Shown: one piece after another, positions 10,466-22,508 of the stretch
Position numbering within the stretch: the first letter of the stretch is position 1
Layout: each line of letters starts with the position of its first letter
Source: Somniosus microcephalus
Lineage: Eukaryota
Assembly (NCBI GenBank): GCA_052327205.1
Contig: CM126223.1
Span: 43,028,001 to 43,092,000 of the forward strand
DNA: 64,000 nucleotides
Direction: 5' to 3'
The notes under the pieces: generated by a model
Database searches by the model: none
The model's input: only the letters and a program-made list of their open reading frames with translations
Told to the model about the DNA's origin: nothing
Position numbers and translations under genes: made by a program

Positions 10466-11113
10466 TTTCAAATAAAGCTGTTGGACTATAACCTGGTGTT
10501 GTGTGACTTCTTACTGTAACCACTCGGGCTTTATAAGCCTGTATAGTGTCTTGTATTTTCTAGTTCACCTCCAGACTTTGTTCAGTAAACACCTGTTAAA
10601 CCAACTCCTGCATTCCATGTCTCCATTAACACACGGATACAACAGTGGCGACGAATTGGAAACGGACTTACCTGCAATTCGGCAGCACCTCAAGGAGATC
10701 GATTCCTCAGACGAAGGTCGAAGAAAAAAAAAACTGTGGTTTCACCAGCTTGCCGGGCTGGTGGCAGGTACTGCACTAATCCTTCCTGGGCGGCGGGCTG
10801 GGGCTCGATCGGGTGGCGCTGCAGCGGGGCCGAGCAGCGAGTCGGAAGGCGGAGGCAAACAGAGACGGAGGGTGGAGCACTCGGGAGACGGCCGGCGCTG
10901 CAAAGCAGGTCGGCGTTCGGACCAAGCAGAGGGAGGGAAAAGTCCCAGAGAGTCCGGCGGGAACGAGTCTCCAACTATTAAAAATATGTGTAAATAAAAA
11001 CCGCGTAGAACAGCATTGTCAGCAGCGGCAGCAGCGGGAAAGCGCGGGAGACGCCATTTTTTCTTGGCAGGGAAGAAAGGAAAGTGAGGGAGGCGCCATT
11101 TTTGATTTTCAGG

Positions 11114-14100
11114 ATGCCTAAGACTGGCAATATTACTGCTTTCGATAGTGATATAGAGGATTAGACCACATATGTGGAAAGAGTGGAGGTATATTGCACA
11201 GCGAATGAAGTAGAGGATGATAAAAAGGCATCGGTACTTCTAAATCTGATGGGCGCAAGGACATACGGGCTGTTACGAAACTTAATCACTCCAGCCAAAC
11301 CGATGGACAAGAATTTTAAGGAGATTGTTGATACCCTACAGGAGCACTTAAACCCAACACCGCTGCTGATAGCGGAACAATTCAAATTCTTCAGGAGGAA
11401 TCAGCACAAGAATGAAAGTAACGCTGATTACCTCACCGAATTAAGAAAGCACTGCCAATTCGGGGCAGGACTGGCAGATTCTCTACGAGACAAATTCGTC
11501 TGCGGTCTCCTAAGTGAAGGAACACAGAAAAGGCTACTTTCTGAGAAAGATTTGACACTGGACAAGGCTTTCAGTGTGGCTGTATCATACGAAGCAGCAG
11601 CAAGAGGAGCTGCAGAGATACAGCAAAAGCCACAGGACTTCGGCACCCATGAAATGACATGGGGTTTCGAGAGATGTTATCGCTGCGGCAGATCCACCCA
11701 TGACCACAGGGGCTGCTGGTTCAAGGACAAAGCATGCAGGCAATGCAGAAAGATGGGACACATTGCACGTGTATGCCGATCTGGAAACAAAAAATCCACT
11801 GACAGAAAAAAAATCAATAAGGAAAAGTACAGAAAGGTACAAATGATGACGGACAGTAGCTCCGAAGACCAGAAGAGTGACAGCGACTCCCGAAACAAGA
11901 GACTAAGCTGTCTCAAATTACATAATGTAATTGCCAAAGAAGATTACCAGACCATTTGGGTTACCCTCACGATAGCGGGGTCCCCAGTTAAAATGGAGCT
12001 AGATACAGGATCAGCTCTGACCGTCATAAGTCGACGGGATTACGAGCGGCTATTTCCGCATATACCTTTGAAAGACACATCCATTATCTTGAAGACATAT
12101 ACGGGGCAGAAAGTATACCCCAGAGGGAAAATAAGGGTGCCTGTTGTATACAACGGCAAGGAAATACAGAAGTTGTATTTATACGTTCTGCAAGATGGTG
12201 GTCCACCGCTGTTGGGACGTGAATGGATCAGGAAGATACGTTTAGACTGGCACTCCATTCAGGCACTGACGGTGACCAGTAAGAAAAACAATGATGATGA
12301 CGTCATACCTGAACGATTAAAAGACATCTTGGCCAACGCCAAAGAAGTGTTTCAACAGGAACTAGGAACCTTGAAAGGCGTCACCGCCTCAATAAAAGTG
12401 GAAAATGCGGCAATTCCCAAGTTTTTTAAGGCAAGACCGGTGCCATACGCAATTCGTCCAGCAGTCGAGGCAGAGCTGGAGAATTTGGAAAAGGCAGGCG
12501 TGTTATCCAAGATAGATTGGAGCGAGTGGGCAACACCCATCGTCCCGGTCATGAAGAAAACGTTGAATAATGATAAATCTGAAGAACAGAGAAAAATTTG
12601 CATCTGTGGGGACTTCAAGGTGACTGTAAACCCGGTCCTTCACACGGTACAGTATCCTCTTCCGAGGATAGAAGATATTTTCGCCTCACTATCCGGAGGG
12701 AAATGTTTCACCAAAATTGACTTGGCACAGGCATATCTACAGATGGAGGTTGAGGAGGCCTCTAAAAAGTATCTCACGATAAACACACACAAAGGCCTGT
12801 ACCAGTACAATCGACTGGTTTTCGGAGTAGCATCAGCTCCAGCTATCTGGCAAAGAGCTATGGAGCAAGTCCTGCAAGGGATTCCGGGGACTCAATGCTA
12901 CCTAGACGACATCCTTGTAACAGGAGAAAACGACAACGAGCACCTTGCCAATTTGGAGCAGGTGCTCACTAGGCTGAGAGAACGGGGCCTACGAGCAAAT
13001 CGCCCCAAGTGCGAATTTTTCCAGAAACAAATATCATATTGTGGCCATATAATTAACGAAGAAGGGTTGCATAAATCACCTGAAAAAATTGAAGTGGTCA
13101 TAAAAGCCCCAGCACCTGAAAATGTCTCACAATTAAGGTCGTTCCTGGGATTGATAAATTACTATCATAAATTTTTACCGAACTTGTCGACTGTTCTGCA
13201 CCCTCTTAACGCACTGCTACAAACGGGAGTAATTTGGAAATGGAGCGAAGACTGTAAACGTGCCTTCCATAAATGCAAAGGCTTGATCACGCCCAAGGAA
13301 GTGTTGGCTCATTACAACCCATCACTGCCAATCAGACTGGCGTGCGATGCATCCCCTTACGGCGTAGGTGCGGTATTATCGCATAGATTCCCTGATGGCT
13401 CGGAGCGGCCGATAGCTTTTGCGTCACGCTCATTGAACTCAGCTGAGCGTAACTATGCCCAGATCGACAGGGAAGCACTCAGCCTGGTATGGGGAGTGAA
13501 GAAATTCAACCATTACCTACACGGACAAAAATTTACCTCGTTGACTGACCATCAACCCCTCGTCTCCATATTCAACCCTAAAAAGGGCGTTCCCATTATG
13601 ACAGCGCAAAGGCTACAGAGGTGGTCCCTTTTCCTAGGGGCACACCAATATGACATAGAATACAAAGGATCAAAACAGCATGGGAATGCTGACGGGTTAT
13701 CGCGCCTACCGTTGCCAACGGTAGAAGAGACACCTACAGTGGACCCAGTGGAGATGTTCCACTCAACCATAGTGGAATGTCTACCAGTAACAAATTCTAC
13801 CATTGAAAAGGAAACGAGAAATGACCCGACTCTCTCACGAGTCTACGATTTAATGGTGAAGGGATGGCCAGCACATGGCGAACCACTGTTGCCAGCATTC
13901 TCGCAAAGAAGAGAACAGCTGTCAGTGTGCCGAGGAACCTTGATGTGTGGATCCAGAGTGGTGATTCCACCCAAACTCCAGGATAAAGTGCTAAAGGAGC
14001 TTCACGAGGGGCATCTGGGTGGAGTGAAAATGAAGAACCTAGCCAGAGCGTTTGTGTGGTAGCCAGGTATCGATGGAGACATCGAAGAAATGACCAAGAG

Positions 14101-15076
14101 CTGTCTAGGATGCCAGAAGGTCCAAAACGCCCCACCACAAGCCCCTCTACATCCATGGGAGTGGCCCTCATCTCCATGGCAAAGGGTACACATCGACTTT
14201 GCTGGTCCATTTATGGACTCAATATTCTTAATCGCATTTGATGCACACTCCAAGTGGCCGGAGGTAATAAAGATGTCCTCCACCACCACGGAAAAAACCA
14301 TCACAGTATTAAGGACCATATTTGCCAGGAATGGGCTGCCTGAACAGATCTGTTCTGATAATGGACCGCAATTTGTGTCCGAAGAATTCAGGAAGTTCTT
14401 AAAAAACAATGGGGTTAAGCACTACACGTCCGCCCCATACCATCCCGCCACCAATGGATTAGCTGAAAGGTTTGTCCAGACCTTCAAGAAGGCCATAAAA
14501 GCCATGGGTAATGAAGACATAAATCTACAACATAAGGTAGATAACTTCTTGTTTGCATACAGGAATGCAACACATGTGGTTACAAACCAAACTCCCGCCA
14601 TGATGTTTTTCAATAGAAGACTAAGATGCCGGCTGGATTTGATCAAGCCAAACATCAGAAGGGACATAAAGAACCGGCAATTTCAAGGCATGAATGAAAG
14701 GCCAACTAGAACCTTCCAGATAGGTCAACAAGTTTTGGCCCGGGACTACCGTACCGAGAAATGGCAGCCTGGAACTATTTGCACATGACTAGGACCTCTG
14801 ATGTATACCATGGACATTGGAGAAAGCATAATAAGGCGCCATGCTGACCAGATCATAGAGTCATCCGAAAAGGGACAACCTACACCACAACTCTATACGC
14901 CTAATGATGAAGCAGAGATACCCATAGTATCTACCTCCGATCCGGTGATACTGGAACCAGATGAACCCGACACTGGCATTCAAGCCAAATCGACCTTGCC
15001 AAAAGAAACTACTACACCACCGAGGCGTTATCCGGACCAAGTCAGGAAGCCTCCAGAGAGACTGACTTATAATTGA
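11114..15076 (+). pseudogene. Gypsy gag-pol polyprotein (Gag zinc knuckles, protease, RT, RNase H, integrase) with 3 premature stops
   Basis: One reading frame from ATG 11114. Motifs: CYRCGRSTHDHRGC and CRQCRKMGHIARVC; LDTGS; YLDD; CDASPYGVGAVL; H-H-C-C; HIDFAGP..SDNGPQF..NGLAER. Stops at 11162 (TAG), 14060 (TAG) and 14786 (TGA); no frameshift. Confidence 0.93.
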
Positions 15077-15394
15077 TTAACTGCAGCAAATGTGTAGATT
15101 ATTGTTCTTGTAAACATGTTAATTAATGATTACTTAAAATGTTATGTACTAATTATCTAAAAGGGGAGGAATTGTAGTGTATGTACCTTTAAGAGCCCCT
15201 GTGTACTGTAATACCGGTAGTGACCACTCGGGCTATATAAGCCTGTATAGTGTCTTGTATTTTTTAGTTCACCTCCAGACTTTGTTCAGTAAACACCTGT
15301 TAAACCAACTCCTGCATTCCGTGTCTCCATTAATACACGGATACAACAAAGTGCATGGGAAATGAGTGGCTATCAATGAAGAAGCAATCGAGTG

Positions 15395-15575
15395 TCTATA
15401 AATATATTCAAGAAGGAGTTAGATATATTTCTTAAGGCTAAAGAGATCAAGGGATATGGGGAAAAGGCAGGGACAGGGTACTGAATTTGGATGATCAGCC
15501 ATGATCTCATTAAATGGCGGAGCAGGCTCGAGGGGCCGAATGGCCTACTCCTGCTCCTATCTTCTATGTTTCTAT
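15395..15575 (+). mobile_element. CR1 3' end fragment (same subfamily as 19377-21710)
   Basis: AATATATTCAAGAAGGAGTTAGATATATTTC..GGCCTACTCCTGCTCC..TTCTATGTTTCTA is near-identical to the reverse complement of 19377-19545. Confidence 0.9.
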
Positions 15576-16699
15576 GTATCGAGATGTATGGCTAGAAGGG
15601 ATTACTGAGGAAGGGTGGCGTGAGGCCATTGAAGTATTTGAAGGTCAAGAGGAGGATATTCAAATCAATTCACTACGGTATGGGTAACCAGTGGAGCTTG
15701 GTGAGGAAGTGTGGGCAAAGATGGAGGCAATATTTTGGATGATTTGTCTTTTTTTTTTAAAGAGAGTGGAAAGACCAACAAATAGAGTGTTGGAGAAGTT
15801 GAGCTTTGAGTTAATAAATGATGGATTAGGATTTCAGCAGCAGAGAGGTGGAGTGGGAGGTAGGCAACATTTCAGAGGTGAAAGAAAACAGTCTTGGTAG
15901 GGGAGAAAGGTGTGTAAAGTGTCAAGCTGTGCAACAAAGATTTCAAATGCCTGTATTTAGGATGAGACGGTTGCTAGGGAGGTTGAGGACAGAGGTGCTT
16001 ATGTGTATGTAGAGAAAAAGAATGGCTTTGGTTTTGCCAACAGGTCAAAGGTAGTTTGGGAGACTGGCAACATCCTTGACGGAGCTGAGTGTTGTCTGGA
16101 AACATCAGGTAACTGACCTTGTGTATTCATATATCACATCACTGAGGGGTAGCATATACATGAAGAGGAGCCCAAGGATGGAGGCCGGGGATATACCAAA
16201 GGTGACTGTGCGTGGATGAGAGGAGAGGCTATTGACAAGTACTGTCTATGGTGCAACAAGTTGGAGCAGAACCCTGGGAGAGCAGTGCATCGGAGGTGGA
16301 CTGTGGTGGTGGAGAGATGTTCCAAGGGATGGTATGGTCAGTGATGTGGAAAGTGGCATAGAGGCTGAGGAGGGACAGAGAGCTGTGGCAAGATGGCATT
16401 TGTGACTTTGGCCAACACTGTCTCAGTGCTGTCAGCAATGATTGGAGGGTCCAGATCAGAGAGTGGTGGGGCCGTAAGTACAACAATTTTCTGCATACAT
16501 TATTTATTTTACCTTGGTTAATACTTATAACCAAGCACAGATTTGAAATATCAGATCTTGACAGCTTTAGGGGGATTTGTAGCAAAAAGTAAGATTGTTT
16601 GCAAAGCCATTTAAACATAATAGAGGTAACAATTTAAATCCAAATGAACAAGACTTGTCTGGAGTGAAATGAAATGAAAGATGCGAGAATTCTCAGCGT

Positions 16700-17105
16700 G
16701 AAAGGCTGAGAAACATGAACGGGAAAAGCCGGATCATCGCAGAATCGGAGTTTAAGCTTCCGGACATCTCCGGGAGTCCGTGTCCCGGTTGCACCAGGTA
16801 CCTGGTTCCGTTTAGCCAATTATTTACAACAAATTAATAAACGTGGAAGCGAAATAATAAAAACTTACACTTCCATCTTGCCTGAGCGCCACAGCTGTAC
16901 CTTCCTGACGGTCACTCCACGCTGAATGTTCGTTCCGCCCTGCCACCCGGTCGCTAAAAATACAAAGATTTCATTGGCTGAAAAGCCCAGTGTACCTGGA
17001 TTTTTCTACTATTTCACTTCTCATTTTCTGGGGGTGTAATAAATTAACCAAATATCATGGCCTGTATCCTTACCTCACACCTTCCTCACCAAGTTCCATT
17101 GGTTA
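16700..17105 (-). promoter_or_regulatory. CpG-enriched promoter and first exon of an unidentified minus-strand transcript
   Basis: Local CpG enrichment in non-repeat DNA. On the minus strand: GGCAAGATGGAAGT|GTAAGT (ATG 16877-16875, donor 16869), GC box near 16935, CCAAT boxes near 16973 and 17098, ETS-like CCGGAAG near 16757. Confidence 0.5.
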
Positions 17106-17204
17106 CTCGTGCCCTTTTTGTTTAGAATTGAAATGGAATTGGGGGGGGGAAACTTCAGGTGGTTGGAAGAAGTTGATAGAAATTGCTTGAAAGATTTCTA
17201 AGAT

Positions 17205-17651
17205 TGGGGTTGCCAATTCTGGTTGGAGATAATCCTGGAAGTTTCAAGCGCGCCGAGCTGTCCCCACCCCCGTCGGGAGCCCAACACGTCCACCCAATTG
17301 GAAATTGAAAAGTCTCTTCCATTCCCCATTGGAAGATTCTTGACATAACAGAAAATGCTGGAAAAACTCAGCAGGCCAGGCAACATCCGTGGAGAGAAAA
17401 TAGAGTTAACATTTCGGGTCAAACCCTTTGTCAAGACAAAGATTCTTGAGAGTCAGTTAACAGCCTTCCTCCCCCCCCCCCAATCACCAATATTCCCATA
17501 ACTAGTAAATGAAAGCATTCAAAGAAAATGCAAAAATCAATTATTTTCAATGCCCTATGATTTTTCTCCCGGGTTGCTTGCAGCGGTGTCATAGAGATTC
17601 ATCTTGAATTCCTGGAGATTTCACGACAATCTTGGAAGGTTGGCAACCCGA
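17205..17651. mobile_element. hAT (Tip100-like) MITE
   Basis: TIRs TGGGGTTGCCAA / TTGGCAACCCGA; 8-bp TSD TCTAAGAT (17197-17204) / TCTAAAAT (17652-17659). Confidence 0.8.
17344..17438 (-). mobile_element. Solo Penelope family-B terminal repeat nested in the MITE
   Basis: Flanked by the 11-bp direct repeat AAGATTCTTGA (17333-17343, 17439-17449); decayed hammerhead TTGACAA-AGGGTTTGACCC-GAAA-TGTTAAC. Confidence 0.8.
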
Positions 17652-19376
17652 TCTAAAATATGCAGCAAGATCTCGATCCGATTTCCAGTTTGTCACTTCA
17701 CAAAAGATTGTAGACTTTCAATCATTTATTTGGAGGAGAATTTTTGTAACATAATTACTAAATAGTATGAACATTAAAAAAAATTGCATATAAAATACAA
17801 ATAGCAAATATAATTTTATGGTTAGAGCATAAAATACTGTACAATTTTAATATTTAAAATCAAATAGGGTGTGTGTATTTTAGGAAGAACCGTTCAAAAT
17901 ACTGAGATTCAAAACACTTTGCATCTCTATTATTTGAAGACCTGTTTTAATCAGCATTATTAAAGGTCAGGTCATGCTTGACCAACCTCATACATTTATT
18001 TGAAGAAATAGTAGAGGATAAAGGAAATGCAGCAGATATGTTCCATATGGATTTTCAAAAGAGATCTGATACAGTAGAATGAAATGGATTTCTAGCAGCA
18101 ATATGGTATGTGTGGTGTCATGATAAAGGATAGGGGCAAAAAAGATTCACAGATTGAAAAGTGGTGTTCCACAGAGGTCTGTGGTGGGTATGATAAAAAT
18201 GATCAAGAATTAGGTATCAAACATTTGACATCAAACATTTGACACTAAATTATGGGGCATGACTTCTATCCTCCAGCATTTCTAACTGCTTTGCCTCAGT
18301 GAAACTTCTCATATATTTCCCTTTGACACAACCCAATTGCTCTCTGCCTTTAACAAAATCTGATTGCTGCCAGAGCCTTCTTGGTTGTTTTAAAACTTGT
18401 TTTTAGTGTCCCTGTATCTTAATCCCTTTTTCCACAGAGACCAAATGTGTTTCTAGCACAATGGGTGCGAGGTGTTTTCTTTACCTAGACAAGCTGCTTC
18501 TTCGTAGGCAGTCCCTCAGAACCGAGGATGACTTGCTAATCAAGCGAATGAATTACTCATAGTTTAGACTCTGGGGAAAGCACCTTCCATTTAGCATATT
18601 AACCACCTTTTGTCTTGGGGGTTATTTTTTGAACATAAAGTAAAAATAACCTGGTTTCAAATCCTTTTTGTTGAAGTAGTCAAAATATGCAGAAACATTG
18701 CAAAGAACATTCAGCCCATCTTGGTTCATCCACCCCAAAAGATGCTAAAGTCCCTTAATTTTAGAATCCAACCATTTTTATCTCAATACACTTCCTGGAA
18801 GTCTATTCCATGTGTTGATCACTATTTGTGTAAAAAAGAATTTTCTGATTATCGGTCCTAAACTTACCTTTTACGAGCTTGAATCTTTGTCCTCCATTTT
18901 ACCCTCACTATTTAGTTTAAAAGCAATATTCTGGATTTACCTTTTCCATTCCCTTGACTATCCTAAATCACTCTTTTGGATCAGCTCTCAAACATCTCCT
19001 TCCCAGGCTAAAACACCCTAGTTTCTCCAAGTTTTCTTCGTGACTGACACCTTTGAAACTGGACATCAATCTTATGGCTCTAACACTTGAAAGTCTCCCA
19101 GAACTGGACACAGTACTCAAGGTGCGGTCTAATGAGAACACTGTATAGTTTGCCAAAATAATAGAATACAAGTCGGATGAAGTTGTGGCCAATGTAGTTC
19201 AACATTCCATTGGCTTTGTTGACTGCTACTCTGCATTGATTGGATATGTTGAGCATTGAGTCTACCAAGATGCCTAGGTCTCTTTCAAATCCATCCTTAG
19301 CTATTTCAACACCATTCATGGAGCATGCATCACTTCACCTCCCCCACCACCAATGTGCAGTACTCTAGTCTGAATT

Positions 19377-21710
19377 AGAAACATAGAAGATGGGAGCAGG
19401 AGTAGGCCATTCGGCCCCTCGAGCCTGTTCCGCCATTTAATGAGATCGTGGCTGATCATCCAAATTCAGTACCCTGTCCCTGCTTTCTCCCCATATCCCT
19501 TTAGCCTTAAGAAATATATCTAACTCCTTCTTGAATATATTTAATGAATTGGCCTCAACTGCCTTCTGTGGTAGAGAATTCCACAGGTTCACCACTCTCT
19601 GGGTGAAGAAATTCCTCCTCATCTCTGTCCTAAATGGCTTACCCCTTATCTTTAGACTGTGACCCCTGGTTCTGGACTCCCCCGCCATCGGGAACATCCT
19701 TCCTGCATTTAGTCTGTCTAGTCCTGTTAGAATTTTATAAGTTTCAATGAGATCCCCTCTCATTCTTCTAAACTCTAGCGAATATAAGCCCAATCGACCC
19801 AATCTCTCTTCATACGTCATTCCTGCCATCCCAGGTATCAGTCTGGTGAATCTTCGCTGCACTCCCTCCATGGCAAGAACATCCTTCCTCAGATAAGATG
19901 ACCAAAACTGCACACAATACTCAAGGTGTGGTCTCACCAAGGCCCTGTACAACTGCAGCAAGACATCCTTGCTCCTGTACTCGAATCCTCTCGCTATGAA
20001 GGCCAACATACCATTTGCCTTCTTAACCACCTACTGCACCTGCATGCTTACCTTCAGCGACTGATGCACAAGGACACCCAGGTCTCGTTGCACTTCCCCT
20101 TTTCCCAATCTATTGCCGTTCAGATAATAATCTGTCTTTCTGTTTTTGCCACCAAAGTGGATAACCTCGCATTTATCCACATTATACTGCATCTGCCCAA
20201 TCACCCAACCTGTCCAAGTCACACTGGAGTTTCTCTGCATCCTCCTCACAGCACACACGCCCACCCAGCTTTGTGTCGTCTGCAAACTTGGAGATATTAC
20301 ATCTAGTTCCCTCGTCTAGATCATCATTAATATATAGTGAATAGCTGGGGTCCTAGCACCGATGCCTGCGGTACCCCACTAGTCACTGCCTGCCACTTGG
20401 AAAAAGAGCCGTTTATTCCAACTCTTTGCTTCCTATCTGCCAACCAGTTCTCTATCCAAGTCAGTACCTTACCCCCAATCCCATGTGCTTTAACTTTGCA
20501 CGCTAATCTCTTATGCGGGACCTTATTGAAAGCCTTCTGAAAGTCCAAATACACCACAACCACTGGTTCTCCCTGATCTATTCTACCAGTTACATCCTCA
20601 AAAAATTCCAGTAGATTAGTCAAGCATGATTTACCTTTTGTAAATCCATGTTGACTTTGTCTGATCCTGTCACTGTTTTCCAAGTGCTCTGCTATTACAT
20701 CTTTTATAATGGACTCTAGCATTTTCCCCACTACCGATGTCAGGCTTACCGGTCTATAATTCCCCGTTTTCTCTCTACCACCTTTTTTAAATAGTGGGGT
20801 TACATTAGCTACCCTCCAATCCATGGGAACTGTTCCAGAATCTATAGAATTTTGGAAGATGACCAGCAATGCATCTACTATTTCTAGGACCACTTTGTTA
20901 AGTACCCTAGGATGTAGATGATCAGGCTGTGGGGATTTATCAGCCTTCAATCCCGTCAATTTCCCTAACACCATTTCCCTACAAATACTGATTTCATTCA
21001 ATTCCTCTCTCTCATTTGACCCTATGTTTCCCGACATCTCTGGGAGGTTATTTGTGTCCTCCTTTGTGAAGACAGAACCAAAGTATGTATTTAATTGGTC
21101 TGCCATTTTTTTGTTTCCCATTATAAATTCCCCTGATTCTGACTGCAAGGGACCTATGCTTGGCTTCACCAATCTTTTTCTCGTCACATATCTATAGAAG
21201 CTTTTACAGTCAGTTTTTATGTTCCCTGAAAGCTTCCACTCATATTCTATTTCCCCCCCTCTTAATTAATCCCTTTGTCCTCCTTTGCTAAATGCTAAAC
21301 TGCTCCCAATCCTCATGTTTGCTGCTTTTTCTGGCCAATTTATATGTCCTCTCCTTGGATCTTATGCTATCCCTAATTTCCCTTGTTAGCCACGGTTGAG
21401 TCACCTTTTTTGTTTTATTTTTATGCCAAATAGGGATGAACAAATTCTGTAGTTCATCCGTGCGATCTTTAAATGTTTGCCATTGCCTATCCACCGTCAA
21501 CCCTTTAAGTAACGTTCCCCAATCCATCCTAGCCAACTCGTACCTCATACCATTGTAGTTTCCTTTATTTAAATTCAGGACCCTAGTCTCTGAGTCAACT
21601 ACTTCACTCTCCATCTTAATGAAGAATTCTATCATATTATGATCACTCCTCCCCAAGGGGCCTCGCACAAGATTGCTAATTAATCCTCTCATTACATAAT
21701 ACCCAGTCTA
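19377..21710 (-). mobile_element. Younger 5'-truncated CR1 LINE ORF2 (end of endonuclease, RT, 3' UTR)
   Basis: ORFs 21288-21692 (PLGRSDHNMIEF), 20327-21187 (NYRPVSLTS, YLDFQKAF, GVPQASVLGP), 20031-20285 and 19437-20030 (LEYCVQFWS, NFFTQRVV); 3' tail at 19377. Confidence 0.95.
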
Positions 21711-21972
21711 ATTAAATTTAATTAAATTTCATCTGCCATTTTTCTATCTACATTAATATTTTGTCCAACCTATTCTGTAATTTCTGAGCCGCCTCCTGCG
21801 CTTCCACTACCTCTGCTAGCTTGGTATTAAATGCAAACTTGATCATCTTGAATTAAGTTTCTGAGTCCATGTCATTGATATAAATTAGAAGTTTTAATGG
21901 TCCAATGACAAACCTGGGGACCCCCACTCAGTAATTGCTCCCCACCTCCCCAACATAACTCCTCTAATACTT

Positions 21973-22508
21973 AAAGAACAAGAAGAAAATACTGCAGATG
22001 CTGGAAATCAAATAAAAACAGAAAATGCTGGGGATACTCAGCAGGTCAGGCAGCATATGTGAAGAGAGAAACAGAGTTAATGTTTCAGGTCGATGACCTT
22101 TTGTCAGCATTGGAAAAAAAAAAAACAGGAAATGGAACAGATTTTTACGCAAGTGTAGGGGCTGGGAAAGGGGTTGAAAGAACAAAAGGGAAGGTCTGTG
22201 ATAGGATAGAAGGCAGGAGAGGTTAAGAGACGGTAATGGGACAGGTTAAGAAACAAAGGATGGCTCTAGGTGAAATGTAAATTGCGCTGGCAGAATGAAA
22301 GACAACTGCCATGTGAGAGAGAAGAAAAGACACAAACAAAAGGTGTGGATAAAAAAAATATATATATAGGATAGGGGCCGAGGTTGTGATCTGAAATTGT
22401 TGAACTCTATGTTGAGTCCAGAAGGCTGTAAAGTGCCTAACCGAAAGATGAGGTGCTGTTCCTCGAGCTTACGCTGAGCTTCAGTGGAACAATGCAAGAG
22501 GCCGAGGA
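21973..22508 (-). mobile_element. 5'-truncated Penelope-like element: GIY-YIG endonuclease C-terminus, 3' UTR and family-B terminal repeat
   Basis: ORF 22246-22497 EAQRKLEEQHLIFRLGTLQPSGLN resembles the PLE endonuclease C-terminal LxTLxPxGLN motif. Decayed hammerhead at ~22075-22110; 9-bp TSD CTAATACTT (21964-21972, 22509-22517). Confidence 0.85.

Larger units (their letters stand above)
9699..10515. mobile_element. Palindromic Penelope-derived non-autonomous element inserted in the Gypsy 5' LTR
   Basis: Inverted arms 9740-10124 and 10125-10514 with no spacer, plus an unpaired 41-bp tail at 9699-9739. Absent from the 3' LTR. Each arm carries a hammerhead motif. Confidence 0.85.
9656..15348 (+). 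mobile_element. Ty3/Gypsy LTR retrotransposon, full length (Mag-like, single gag-pol ORF)
   Basis: LTRs are TG..CA: 3' LTR 15173-15348 (176 bp); 5' LTR 9656-9698 plus ~10516-10644, interrupted by an insert. PBS TGGCGACGA at 10646; PPT AAAAGGGGAGGA at 15159-15170; 5-bp TSD AGGTG/AAGTG. Sits within an older L2 remnant. Confidence 0.96.

Noticed and set aside
9740-10514. Palindrome as a sequencing fold-back artefact
   Set aside because: The arms differ by substitutions and indels, the LTR resumes correctly on both sides, and the one-sided tail recurs at 39.6 kb. Read-level confirmation is still advisable.
14060-14062. Programmed stop read-through in the Gypsy pol
   Set aside because: The stop falls in the conserved integrase (W)WPG motif, and other stops are present; a simple mutation is more likely.
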